From Octopus bimaculoides (Eukaryota), in assembly GCF_001194135.2 (NCBI RefSeq), contig NC_068981.1:167111438-167175437 (forward strand): a stretch of DNA of 64,000 bases. The letters are read 5' to 3'. This document shows, piece after piece, positions 39,661 through 51,692 of this stretch. How positions within the stretch are numbered: the stretch's first letter is position 1; each line of letters begins with the position of its first letter. The translations under genes and the position numbers were made by a program. The notes beneath the pieces are model-generated. The model was given only the letters and a program-made list of their open reading frames with translations, did no database searches and was not told where the DNA came from.

Positions 39661-42137
39661 CAATGATCCAACTACTGTAATAACTGCCTTTTCTTTTTGT
39701 TTCAAAATTGTAACTATACATCCATATCTTGTCATCTTGTCAGAAAATTTTTTATCAACATTCAAACAAATAAATCCTGACTGTTCATAATACTCTTCTC
39801 TTTCTGTTTGCATGTCAGCAGAGATGCAGCACAAACTTTGCAGCAACACAATGCATTTTCCTATTTCTTTTTTCAAGTTATGCGGCATAAATTTTTACAG
39901 ATCCCTATTTCTGAAACTTCATAGGAAGTCAGGCAATGATTTTTCCCAGATCAGAGCAAACACATTTACAATATGATCATTGCTCATTGTCATGAAATGT
40001 TCATATTTGGGATAACTGTCTGTGGATACTGTGCATGTGTGTGTATCTATATCTACTGGCAACAATATATCTACACACATGCACACACACACACAAACAC
40101 TTATTTATAAATAGACACACTTATTTATAAATACACAGACACACATACATATACATCATCATCATTTAACATACTTATATACACACACACATATAGATAC
40201 ATATAGATGTATACATACATAACACACACACATATAGATACATATAGATGTATACATACATAACACACACACATTACATACATACATAACACACACACAA
40301 ATATACATACATATATTTGTATGCACATAAATAAATGATTCATTCAAGAGTAGATTTGCATTTTTCTGACTATGTTCATATTTTAACATGCTTTGTACTA
40401 ATATCTTACATCTTGTACAAGAAAGCTGTCAACATTAAGTGAAGAGAATTGACTGCAGCTGAGAGTCAAAAGTGAGTTGATTTGATTTGGAATTATGTAT
40501 GACTATTTGCTGTAAGAAAAAAAAGCTACACATAATTAGGTAGTATTACACTAATATTTCTAGTTCTTAATAAGAAAAGCTATGGATAAAAATACATATT
40601 TTTATGTAATTTTGTAAATCAGTATATTTGCCATATGATGTTATTAAATACAAAGAAACCTGTCTCTCTCATGTTACCAGAATAAATTATTGTTTTTGAT
40701 TAAAAAACAAAGCCATGACTATGAAAAGGAAAAAGCAGAAAATAGTAAGTGTGTTACAATGTTTGTACTTTACACATAACAGCTAAATAAAGAGGGAAAA
40801 AAAAAGTCTTTCAAGTGAGTCACTGAATGCTTATGGTGTTCTCAAGAGAATAGTTATAATAAAAGGTTTTTTCACATGGGCCCAAATTTACTTTCATAAA
40901 TATTGGTTTCTGACAAGAGAACAAGGTGGCACACCTCAGATAGAAGAATGGGAATGGTTGATTATATTGACCTACTATTTGGTTGGTATTCATTTTACCA
41001 TCTCATAAAGGATGAAAGGTGAAGTTGACCTCGGTTGAGTTCGAACTCAGAAGAACATAAAAGGATACAATTAAATACTGGAAGGCATTTGAGCCAGTGG
41101 TTTACCAATTCTGTTAATCTATCATCCTTAATCTCATTAATTAATATTGGTTTTAAATTTTGGCACAAGGCCAGTAATTTCAGGGGAGAGGTTAAGTCAG
41201 TTACATCCACTTCAAGGTTCAACTGGTACTTATTTTGTTGACCCTTGAAAGGATGAAAGGCAAAGGTAACCTCAGGGAACTTTGAACTCAGGATTTAAAG
41301 ACAGACAAAATGTGGCCGAGCATTTTGTCTAGCATGGTAACGATTCTGCCAGCTCACCACCTTATCTCATTATTTCATATTTCAAATTTAGGCACAAGGC
41401 CATCATGTTTATGGGAGGGGGTAAATTCATTACATCAACCCCAGTGTTCAGCTGGTACTTATTTTATTGACCCTGAAAGGATGAAAGGCAAAGTCTACCT
41501 CAGTGAAATTTGAACTCAGAATGTAAAGACAGATAAAATGCTGCAAAGTATTTTGTCCAGCATGGTAATGATTGGGCTAGCTCACCACCTTATTACTTAA
41601 TATTAAGACATCTTTTCGTATCTTTATCCTTTATCTCTTACTTGTTTTAGCCTTTTGACTGTGGCCATGCTGGAGCATCACCTCAAGCAGTTTTAGTCAA
41701 GCAAATCAACACCAGTACTTATTTTTTTAAAGTCTGGTACAGATTCTATTGGTCAAGTTTGCCAAATCACAGTTATGGGGATGTAAATAAACCAACTCCA
41801 TTTGTCAAACAATTGGTGGGGAACAAATAGACACAAAAACACACACATATATATACAAGGAGCTTCCACACAGTTTCCATCGACCAAATTCACTCACAAG
41901 GCATTGGTCAGCCTAGAGTTATAGTAGAAGACATTTGCCCAAGGTACCACACAGTAGGACTGAACCCCCAAACTATAAGATTGCACCTATGTATGTCAAT
42001 TAAGAACAAAAAATTCCATTTTCCTTTTGTGCAAATTGGAGAATACACCCAAATATCTGGATTCTAGGTGGTAGATTAAGGCACATGCTAAATATTTTAA
42101 TGTGTCATATTTAGAAATGTAATTCTGAAATACTCAC

Positions 42138-42249
42138 AAAGATCTTGCCACTTGTTTTAAATTGTCCGGACAATGAGGGTTTAGAAAAACACAGTTTTGG
42201 AATAAATCTAGACTCTCTTGAATTTTTCCTTCTTGTCTGAGAATCAAAG
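42138..42249 (-). CDS. BBS4: BBS4 exon 4 ([36 protein letters not shown])
   Basis: Matches human LIFRLEGNIQESLELFQ...DNLKQVARS. 112 nt, AG/GTGAGT. Confidence 0.97.
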
Positions 42250-42601
42250 CTAAAAATAATCATAAAAAGATTACATCAACATCATTGTCCCCACCACCAC
42301 TACCACCTCCTCCACCACCATCATCACCATTATCATCATCAATTTTACATTCATGCTGGCATGTGTTAACCAGGTTGTTACAATCTGAGTCAGTTCTTAT
42401 TTGGAGTTATTGCTCTCTTTGATGGGTAGAAGGACATCTTGCTAAAAATATTCCACTTTTTGGCATGGTTTCTTTGGCTGGATGCTCTTCCTATTAGCAA
42501 TTTTGTTATAATGTGTACTAAGCAGATTTTAAGATGGTATCAACATTAGAGTGGTTGACATGCTTGTTTATATTTTATTTACAAGGTGTACTGGCTACAA
42601 T

Positions 42602-42973
42602 GGCCCAGTGGTTAGGGCAGCGGACTCGCGGTCGTAGGATCGCGGTTTCGATTCCCAGATCGGGTGTTGTGAGTGTTTATTGAGCGAAAACACCTAAAGT
42701 TCCACAAGGCTCCGGCAGGGAATGGTGGCGAACCCTGCTGTACTCTTTCAACATAACTTTCTCTCACGCTTACTTCCTGTTTCTGTTGTGCCTGTAATTC
42801 AAAGGGTCAGCCTTGTCACACTGTGTCACGCTGAATATCCCCGAGAACTACGTTAAGGGTACACGTGTCTGTGGAGTGCTCAGCCACTTGCACATTAATT
42901 TCACGAACAGGCTGTTTTGCTGATCGGATCAACTGGAACCCTCATCGTCATAACTGACGGAGTGCCAACCACC
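42602..42973 (+). mobile_element. Full-length tRNA-derived SINE with 12-bp TSD
   Basis: A box GGCCCAGTGG, B box GGTTTCGATTCC; TSD ACTGGCTACAAT at 42590-42601 and 42974-42985. A second copy lies at approx 60005-60372 (-). Confidence 0.9.
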
Positions 42974-43451
42974 ACTGGCTACAATATATCATGGCAACAG
43001 TATTATTGAATTTGTCTTGCTTGAGCCTTGCAAGATGAAAGAGTCATTACTCCTCTTTGACATGATTAAGAGGGGTGAATGGAAGAGAGTGGAGACTGAG
43101 AGTATGATGGGGAGGGAACAGTGGAGTGAGAGAGTATTACAGGAATCAGAAGTGGAAGAAGTACAATGTTGGAATGGGAGTGTGATGTGAACAACAGTGA
43201 TAGTACAATGGATAGAAGGAGTCGAGTGGAGAGGATGAGAAGGGGAGAGGTGAGTGGGAAAAAGTAAATGACAGGAAGTGATAAAAGATGAGAGGGTATC
43301 AAAGAGTCAGAATACAAAGAGCACAATGAGGTTCAATACAAGGAGGAACGACAGGCACAAACACTGATATATATATATAGTTAAAAGAAGAAAATAAAAT
43401 GGTGGTAAGGAAGTTAACAATTGTTTATTATTAACAAATTGGTCATCTTTG

Positions 43452-43549
43452 CTTCTTACAGCCGTTTCAATTAATACTCAATAATTTAATTACAAGTTTG
43501 TATATTAAATTTGCGTTTATATGACATGAGCAGAATTTCATCAGAGGAA
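43452..43549 (-). ncRNA. Type I hammerhead motif with long stem II, Penelope pLTR-type
   Basis: UUCCU-CUGAUGA-AAUU...GCUC/GAGU...AAUU-GAAA-CGGCU-GUA-AGAAG. A Penelope RT fragment lies nearby at 43863-43970. Confidence 0.65.
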
Positions 43550-43822
43550 AAAAGATGTACCTTGGGATGTTATATTTGAACCTATCAATTCATTTCAGCA
43601 GACTAAATATTACGGTTTATGACTTGTATTATCATATGCTAGGTTGAAGGGTTCACAGATTGATTAGAATATGATTAGGGATAAAGTAAATAAAACTAGA
43701 ACAATAAATAAAGTAAAAATAGAGATGATTGAGGAAATATAAATATAAATAAGGTAAGTTTATAGTTATTAAAAAGAATAAAATATTCATTTATAAGGTA
43801 TAAATAAAATTATACAAATTTA

Positions 43823-43862
<40 letters not shown>

Positions 43863-43964
43863 TTATATATTATACTCGTTTATTGTGCTTTTAATTATTA
43901 ATTTTTCTATATGTGATAGTGGATTTTCATCGACGAGTTCTTGAAAATTGGTTATTTTCCCTAA

Positions 43965-43970
<6 letters not shown>
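43863..43970 (-). mobile_element. Penelope-like RT N-terminal fragment
   Basis: VLGKITNFQELVDENPLSHIEKLI resembles the PLE motif L....Y..L..NP...IE, and a hammerhead-bearing pLTR-like segment lies next to it. Confidence 0.45.
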
Positions 43971-44034
<64 letters not shown>

Positions 44035-44199
44035 CAGAATGGGACAAGAACACAAAACATCCAGACAGTGAGGTGATTCAAGAAAGGGACAAATCATCCA
44101 GATAGATGATACAAAGAAAACACGACACATGCTCACACACATATATAACAGGCTTCTTTCAGTTTCCGTCTACCAAATTTACTTGTAGTTTGGAAGCAA

Positions 44200-45500
44200 A
44201 CTTCTTACCATATTGCCACACCTGTGACAACCTTCCTTATAACGTTTGCTTCATCATACTCGCATGGTGGGCATGCCTATTCAGCATTGCATGTCATTAA
44301 TTATCATGAAGCTGAGTGATTTTCTTCATGAGGCTTAACCTGTAGTGAAGACTAATCTCAGTCTTTGTTACTTTGTCCTCTTCAACAGGTTCCATCTACT
44401 TTGAGTACCATGCATACAGCTGTCATCTTCCCTCTGTATCATGCTTGTACCATTGTAAACTTCTCTCTTGCATACAGCATCTGATTCATCATATATCCAG
44501 TTTTCTTCTCAGCTCATTTGTATTACATTGGTCATATACGCTAACATTACATACCTATATGCATTTATTATTTCTATTCTGTAAATCTTCTACATTCCTG
44601 GTTTATATTTCTTTATCCTGTTTGTACATAAATGTCATACAATCTAACCTCCCTTTGAGAAAGAAACTCTTTGTTAATAGCTGTTGTAATAGTACCCATA
44701 ACCTTTTCCATCTCACTTTTACTATGCCTACAATAATTCCGAAACACGTACCACCACAGTTAATTCATTCATTCAGGAAACAAAAGCTAACAACTACTTC
44801 TCAGGAACTGTCAGGTATTTAAGGAAATCTCTTTTACATGTAGTAGTCTTATTGCATTTGTACATATGTTATATAGTTTACTTTTGCTGTTAACTTGCCT
44901 GTGATCCCACTATGCCTCTTGTGTGTCTATAGATTACACTGGGTACATTGTATGAAGTTCCTGCTTATTGAGCATAGCCACATTGTAGATGGTAACAAGG
45001 TACTATTTCTTTTCTTCCTGCTAAAACTTGGGTCTTTGCTCAGTTTACTTTAAGTCTTCTTGATTCCAGGTTTTGCTTGCAATTCTAGAACTTTTTCCCC
45101 TCTAAATCTGCTGCAGATCCAGCTGTAATATCTAAGTTGTCAACAAATAGGAGTTCCCACAAACAGTTAGTCTAAAACTATTCAAGTATGGCATGGAGCA
45201 CTATAATAAAAAAGACAGGGTATCTACATGCATGCTAAAATTGTTGATGTACTCATTATTAACCCTCACCTTGCTAACTACACTTCTGTAAATGGTTTGC
45301 ACAGCCCTTACAAGTCATTCATTTATCTCTAATTTCTTTAGTGACTATTTTTTTACAGAGCATTGAATCCTGTCAAAAGCCTTCCTCAAACTGATGAATG
45401 ATAAATACAGTGACTTGCTCTCAATCTATCATTTCTTCTGCAGTTATCTCATTAGGAAGAGGGCATTAGTATTGTCTCTCCTTTGTTCACTAACAGACAG
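44200..45500 (-). mobile_element. Heavily decayed RTE-like LINE RT remnant
   Basis: YLSFISLRKAFDRI (approx 45365-45410) and WELLFVDNLDITAGS (approx 45115-45160) correspond to the KAFD and YADD motifs. Coordinates are approximate. Confidence 0.55.
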
Positions 45501-45834
45501 ACAGACTGAAAGTCCTTTTAACTGGAAAGCTATCTTTTACTCAAATTTTCTTTTTTTCTGGTTAAAATTAAACTATCACCATCTGATGTGATATTATGTT
45601 AATCAACTTTGTTATTAATGGATACGTACTTTTCTTCTATCAAAGTAGCTGAATAATATTCAGTACATGTACTGATATTTTTGTCCTCTTCGTTCCTATT
45701 TATTGGGAACAAAAAAGCATCAACAATCAACATCATGCCCTTAATTTATGCCCCAATTCATATATAAACTTGTGTCCATAAAACCCCAGAAATATACAAA
45801 ACATAATAACCAACAATAGCAACAACATATTTAC

Positions 45835-45978
45835 CTTCTACAAAAACTGCAAATTCACATAATCCTCCTGTTTCAGTGAGTTGCTCTTTGTTTAAAACTT
45901 TACAAGTTTCAAAATCTTTTCTAATATAATGAAGGTGAATTAGCCAGTTGCGTGATTCAAGAGCTGGTAAATCTGGGG
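45835..45978 (-). CDS. BBS4: BBS4 exon 3 ([47 protein letters not shown])
   Basis: Strong match to human BBS4 [17 protein letters not shown]...GLCEYAIYV. 144 nt, AG/GT. Confidence 0.97.
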
Positions 45979-46635
45979 CTAGAAAATATTGCAGATATAC
46001 ATGTAACAAACTTTGTACACTATATAACAAAGAAAGTACAATAAAAATATTAACACTTTATATTTGTTTGTTCATTTTCCATGTTAGTGTGGGTTTTGAC
46101 TGGGAATTATTTGCAGCAAGATATTATGTCTGTATGTGCTTCCTGTTACCAACACTTATTTATCAAATAAGGTATTTGTTTTAGTCCAAAGGTTTCTGAA
46201 AGTATAGACTGACTGATCATAATGTTAACAAGGAAAGTCAGCATCACCATCAGTTCACTGAAGCAGTGACAATGTGGAATATCAATATTTCCACACATAT
46301 GTTGTAATTCCAATTGATCAGATTACCTTACAAAGCATTGGTTGACCCAGGACCATTGTAAAAAGCATTTATGCAAAATGCAGCGCATGAGGACTAATCT
46401 TGAAACTATGTGGTTGCATAGTGAACTTCTTAACCACACACACACACAACACGTGTGCTTTTCTCAATGAACAAGTAAATATGTTTTGTCTCTCCTACCT
46501 TTCTTAGAATCAATTCTTTCTGTAAACTAAATTGCAACAGTATATGAGTCTCTGTTACTCCAATTCTCCGTGTTTTAAATCAATGTATAAATAAATATAA
46601 TATACAGTAAAATATATATCTTATATAAATATATA

Positions 46636-46685
<50 letters not shown>

Positions 46686-47750
46686 ATAGATATAGAAGAT
46701 GTATATTATATATTGATAATTTAAAAATTGGATTAATTTTTAAGCCTCAACAAAACTAAAACTTCTGCTCTATTTTTTGATACCTATTATTTGCTAACCA
46801 AAGATAATGAAAACAAAGAATTTTTGTAAGCAATATCATGTATTCAATAAAATTGGCAGACTGGATGAAATGAGGCTATGAGCTAGATTTGGAACATGGG
46901 TCATAGTTTGCCAATCTTTGGTGTAGCAGATTCAGTATACTTCAGTATGTTAGTGGTACTTAATTTATTAAACTCAGAAGAAAAAAGACAAAGTTGACTC
47001 TGGTAATTATTGAAATTCAGAATAATTAAACAATGATACTGCAGAAAAGATTAATGCAGTCAACATTATTTTATTTGAAAAATTCAATATTAAAACACAA
47101 GACAAAACCCCACAAAACTTCAGTAGTTGTTTCACTTCTCCTTTGCATCATGGAAGGAGTAGTTTTATATTGTTTTTACAGCTGACTATACTTCTTGAAG
47201 TGGCAAATTGTCAGAGTCATTAGAGCAATGGATAGAATTCTTTGTAGTATTTGTTTCAACCCTCTGTACTCTGAGTTCAGATCTCATTGAGGTCAGCTTT
47301 AATTTTCACCCTTTTAGGGTCAATAAGAAAAGTATCCCATCCAGGGCGGTGGATTAAGCAAAATGTTAGAGGGTTTGGTAAGATGCTTTGCAATATCTCT
47401 TTCAGCTCCTTGAGTTCTGACAACAATGCCCAGTGCCTGCAATGAAATTGGTTTCATGCTGCATTGGCCCCCAGCTGGCAGCCTGCATAAACATTAGAGG
47501 CAAAAAGATGAGTGACTTGCATGCATGGTCCAGTTCTCCTAAAAGAACAAACAAAAAAACCTGCCTAGGCCTGCACATACCTGCAGCTGCACAGGTACAT
47601 ACAGATCTTGCATCTGCACAAGTATGTTCAGATGCATGACCAGCCTTCACCTACAGAACCCTTTTCCTATCACTAAACATTCAACCAAGAAATATGAGGT
47701 TATTCAAAATAATATAAGAAATTTGTGTATAAATGAGTGGCATTACTGAC

Positions 47751-47859
47751 GTTTTTTTTGTTTTGTAGCTGGTCGATGAGCTTGTGATGTAGTTGATGAT
47801 ACTGAATCAGTTAGTGAACTTGATGATGCATTCACAACTGGTGTAGAGGTACCATTTTG
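47751..47859 (-). CDS. BBS4: BBS4 exon 2 (QNGTSTPVVNASSSSLTDSVSSTTSQAHRPATKQKK)
   Basis: Polypyrimidine-CAG acceptor, GTCAGT donor, 109 nt, phase 0/1. KQKK+PPDLP matches human RQKK-APEFP. Confidence 0.8.
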
Positions 47860-49081
47860 CTGTGGATACAAATAAAATAAACCAGACATTATATAAAACA
47901 GTATTGTTTGTTTATTATATTGAAAAAAAAAAAAAAAAAAGAAAGGAAAATTCAGCTTTTACCCTCTTCAATCACTGTTTAGCTGAAGCTAAACAGTGGT
48001 TTAGCTTCAGCTAAATTGTGGGTTTAACTAATCATAACTGATATGAATATCAGTTATGATTAGTTAAACCCACAATTAAAGGCATTCCAGTTGCAAACAT
48101 TCCATTGTATTTAACTAGGATTACCAATGTGTCTGTTCATTTTTAAGATGATAGGGTGTGATTATAGTGAGATTTGGTTGCTATATCTAGCATACATGCA
48201 TGCAAATATGTATGAGTGTGTGCATGTGTTTGTGTGTGTGTGTGTGTTAAAGTCTTTGTTCCCACCATTGACAATGATGTTGGCTTGTTTACATAACCCA
48301 TAATTTAATAGACGCAATAAGTAATAAACTCAAAAAAACAAGTACTGGAGTCAATTCCTTCGACTAGAACCTTTTATAGGCATAGCTGCAGTCCAATGAT
48401 TGGAACAAGTAAAAGACAAAAGATAATGACCCTAAAACGCCTAGGGAAGGGGAAACGGGAAGTTTTGACATTCATATTTAGCCATGGCTTCCCGAATACG
48501 TAATTTAAGATGATGGCAATCTCAGTCACCTTAATTTACATATTAAGAGAAGTGACTGAACAACTGTTGTACTTAAAAAAATATTACTTTATTAATATAG
48601 TTGGATGGTTATACAAATTTGTGTATTAACTTGTAGTATTAGACACCCCAACTCCAATTTCTTCTCTACTGCCAGAAAATTGCAATAATGATTATAATGA
48701 AGATGCTGTTAATGATGAAGATGATGTTGATGTTGATATATCTATTAAATTTTATTTAGCCCGGAAAAATAAAAAATAAAATCGACTCCGACAGAGTTTA
48801 AAGGCAGAAAATAAGAACGATAACAATAATATTCATTTCGATTAACATAAATATAATAGTATATTGCAGTTAATGCGCCGTGGAAAGTATAAACAACAAA
48901 TTAGTTATCGTTGTCAAGGAGGCTCACGAAATTATATAAACAGAAATCATTCTAATGGCTTCTTGTAAAACAATTATAAAGCATTCCTGAATATTACCAA
49001 ATCTATTTCTTTGATAAAAGATGTAAATATTAACTCTAATATCATGCTGGATTTAATATTGAAACATATTCACAAACTTAC

Positions 49082-49111
49082 ATTTAACTTTTTAGCACCG
49101 ACGTCTGCCAT
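49082..49111 (-). CDS. BBS4: BBS4 coding exon 1 (MADVGAKKLN)
   Basis: ATG at 49111-49109, 30 nt, perfect GTAAGT donor, phase 0 matches exon 2. Sequence similarity is weak, so it is assigned by phase and position. Confidence 0.75.
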
Positions 49112-49123
49112 ATTTAAACAGTG

Positions 49124-49159
49124 GTTGCCACCGGTGTTAGATACACACCATTCTATTGG
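49124..49159 (-). promoter_or_regulatory. BBS4 proximal promoter motifs: RFX X-box half-site (GGCAAC) and CCAAT box
   Basis: GTTGCC at 49124-49129, 13 nt upstream of the ATG; AGCCAATAG on the minus strand around 49152-49161. Motif match only. Confidence 0.4.
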
Positions 49160-49478
49160 CTAATATTAATCTGTTTAGAGTTACTGTCCATGGGTACTTA
49201 CGAGATAATCCTCTCCGTGTGTTTGTTGTTATCCTCATGTCAGCCTAGCTCTGGCAGACCTGTAATGGAAGCTATTCCAACCGTGACCACCTCGCCTACT
49301 TTTCCAGACATAATATATCTAGAATCACATTATTTACAGTGTCTATTTCATTTTTCCTTTAAGTGAGGTGTGACTACGAGAGAGATTTGGCTGTTATTTC
49401 TAGCAGGCTAAGAGTAAGTGACTGCGCATAGGTTCCTCTTCATTGGTTCCTTATATATTGATAGCTAAGGGTTTAGAC

Positions 49479-50641
49479 TAGTGGTTCTCAGCCTTTTTAA
49501 TATCCAGGCCAGATGTAAAACCTGGATTTTTTTTAGGGGCCGCACAAAAACATGGACTAATTCTAACAGGGAGATGGATGAAGCTCTATTACAGTAACGA
49601 GAGCTGGGTTTGTCAGTTCCTGTTACAGTTGAGGATAGACGGAAGTATGAGATAATCTGCTTTCAGGTACCACTTTCAACCCTCTCCTTGATCAATCTGA
49701 TCAATTTTCAAGGTGTCGCCTACTTTCAGCTGGAGCAAAATTCTCGGGATTGATACCCTGCCTGTGGTCATCGCACTCAGAGTGGGTGCTGACGTCTGCA
49801 GGAGACTGAGATGCTGCTGTTGTATACCCTTCGACTCCATAGGTCTTCACGGTCTGTCTTGTCGCCTAAATGCTGGTCGCTTCGCTCGTCATACCAAACT
49901 AAACCTAACCATTAAGCGGGCCCTGACTTGGATTAATATCCCCTCAGTTCTGAAGCCAACGGGGTTATCCAGATCTGATGGAAAGAAACCAGATGGTCTT
50001 AGCCTCTGTCCCTAGGTTAGAAGTAGGTACCTCATTTGGGACGCCACAGTCTGTGACTCTTTTGCTCCCTCTCACAACCTGGATGCTGCAGTAAATGGGA
50101 GGGTCACTGCTTCCGTAGCCAAACGGAATAAAACCCTGAAGTATCAATGAACTATCTCTTCCAACCTATGGTGTTTGAGACGTTCGGAGGGACTGGGCCA
50201 CTAACAACGAAGTTCTTGTCATCGTTAGGAGCTCGCTCAGCGATGTGTCAAGTGATAGTCGTGAAGGTGCTTGGCTTTTCCAACGCCTTAGCCCCACCGT
50301 CGCTCATGGTAATATTGTGAACATGCTGGTTCGGTTCAGTAGGTTCTGCTGAACCTTGTGATGCGCGACCAGTTGAAGCGCTTGGTGCTGCATTATTTTC
50401 TTCTTTTTCTTCCCCACAAATGGTTTCAATATAGTTTTAGCAGAGAGATCTAGAAGAATTTGAAGAAAGTTCTCCGGTAATTTTCTTTCATGTAAATAAA
50501 TGTTTGTCAATTAACAAAAAAACAAAAAACCCAAAAAAACCCAAAAAGTCAATCAAAGAAAAATTTATATTTACAGAAGGAAGATCGTTGAGAGCCGCAG
50601 TAAGGCTACTTGAGGACCGCATGCAACCCTGGGAACTGCTG
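49479..50641 (+). mobile_element. hAT (Charlie-type) MITE containing a nested retroelement fragment
   Basis: Ends TAGTGGTTCTCAGCC...GGGAACTGCTG; 8-bp TSD GTTTAGAC (49471-49478) / GTTTAGAT (50642-50649). Confidence 0.7.
49575..50560 (+). mobile_element. CRE/HERO-like non-LTR retrotransposon 3' fragment (zinc knuckle plus restriction-like endonuclease, A-rich tail)
   Basis: ALRVG...C..C..FDSIGLHGLSC...GRFARH..LN..IKRAL...PSVLKPTGLSRSDGKKPDGLSL.P....LIWDATV.D; contains stops and frameshifts. Confidence 0.85.
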
Positions 50642-51269
50642 GTTTAGATAGTAAAACGTTGAACTAGTTTTGTCATTGTAACCTCTCAATGTTGACTTCA
50701 CTGTTCATCATAGCCGATATTCATCATAAAAGTAGCAAGTTGGCAGGATTGTTTGAGCGTTGGTTAGAGTGTTTTGCGGTATTTATTCCGGCTCTCTGCA
50801 CTCTGAGTTCCAGTTTCACTGAGGTCAATTTTGCCTTTTATCTTTTCGGGGGTCGATAAATAAAGAATCAGTCCAGTACTTGTGTCAAGTAGCATCTTAA
50901 AACATGGACGCACTTTTGGAACTAACTTACTTTATTATATGAAATATTATCTAATTCTCTGACTATGGCTATGTAGTGGATCTTGCAGGCATGATGTAGA
51001 TTCGATCCTAGATTGACAAATTTAAATTAGCACTTCAACATCACATTTCTCACGGTAAAACAATAGTTTTTCTGTGACAGCAGTTTACATTTGCCAGGCG
51101 CCTTATCTTAGCAAAATAATGTCTTCACCACTTGACCCTTCTAACCTCTTCTATCTCACCAAAAGCTAGAATTAAGATAACAAGTACCACCAACGAAATC
51201 CATTGTTCTCAACGATATGTCTATCCTTCTGGATAGTTATAAAAACAAGAACCCCCGAGCAAGGTGACG

Positions 51270-51576
51270 GCTATAACCCAAACTTGGTCTGGGAGGTCGC
51301 TATCCTTGCTAGGGAGGGCGGAAGATGCGCGGGTGTTTATAACATCTGTGATAACCTACTGCCTAACCGTTGTGCCTTTCCCCGGTTTGTGGCTGAACAA
51401 GTTGGAACGGATCCTTTTCCGTTTTTTGTGGGAGGGGAAACCACCACTTGTGAGGCGCCCCATCTACTGCCAGAAACCGCTAAAGGGTGGGTTAGGGATA
51501 ACTTGGCTGATGATGCGCATGTACGCGCTGAGGCTGAGACACCTCTGGCTCTACCTGGACGGTGAACGGGTGTGGT
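51270..51576 (+). mobile_element. Tx1/L1-clade LINE RT C-terminal fragment
   Basis: WSGRSLSLLGRA...VFITSVITYCL...LERILFRFLWEGKPPLVRR...GGLG. Confidence 0.85.
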
Positions 51577-51692
51577 CACCTTGAAATTGATCAGAGTGAT
51601 CAAAGAGAGGGTTGAAAGTGGTACCTAAAAGCAGATTATCTCATACTTCCGTCTATCCTCAACTGTAACAGGAACTGACAAACCCAGCTCTC
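51577..51692 (-). mobile_element. Inverted copy of CRE-like segment 49599-49715
   Basis: About 115 bp, near-identical reverse complement, read directly. Confidence 0.9.

Noticed and set aside
39652-39888. 78-aa minus-strand ORF and the 91-aa ORF at 19267-19542
   Set aside because: No recognisable domain and no splice-phase fit to BBS4; lengths are expected by chance.
42602-42680. tRNA genes (here and at other SINE heads)
   Set aside because: A and B boxes are present, but the acceptor stem is incomplete and each continues into a SINE body; this copy is also bounded by a TSD.
48462-48486. Kozak-like GCCATGG in intron 1 as the BBS4 start
   Set aside because: The frame stops after 14 codons with no suitable donor; the exon at 49082-49111 fits far better.
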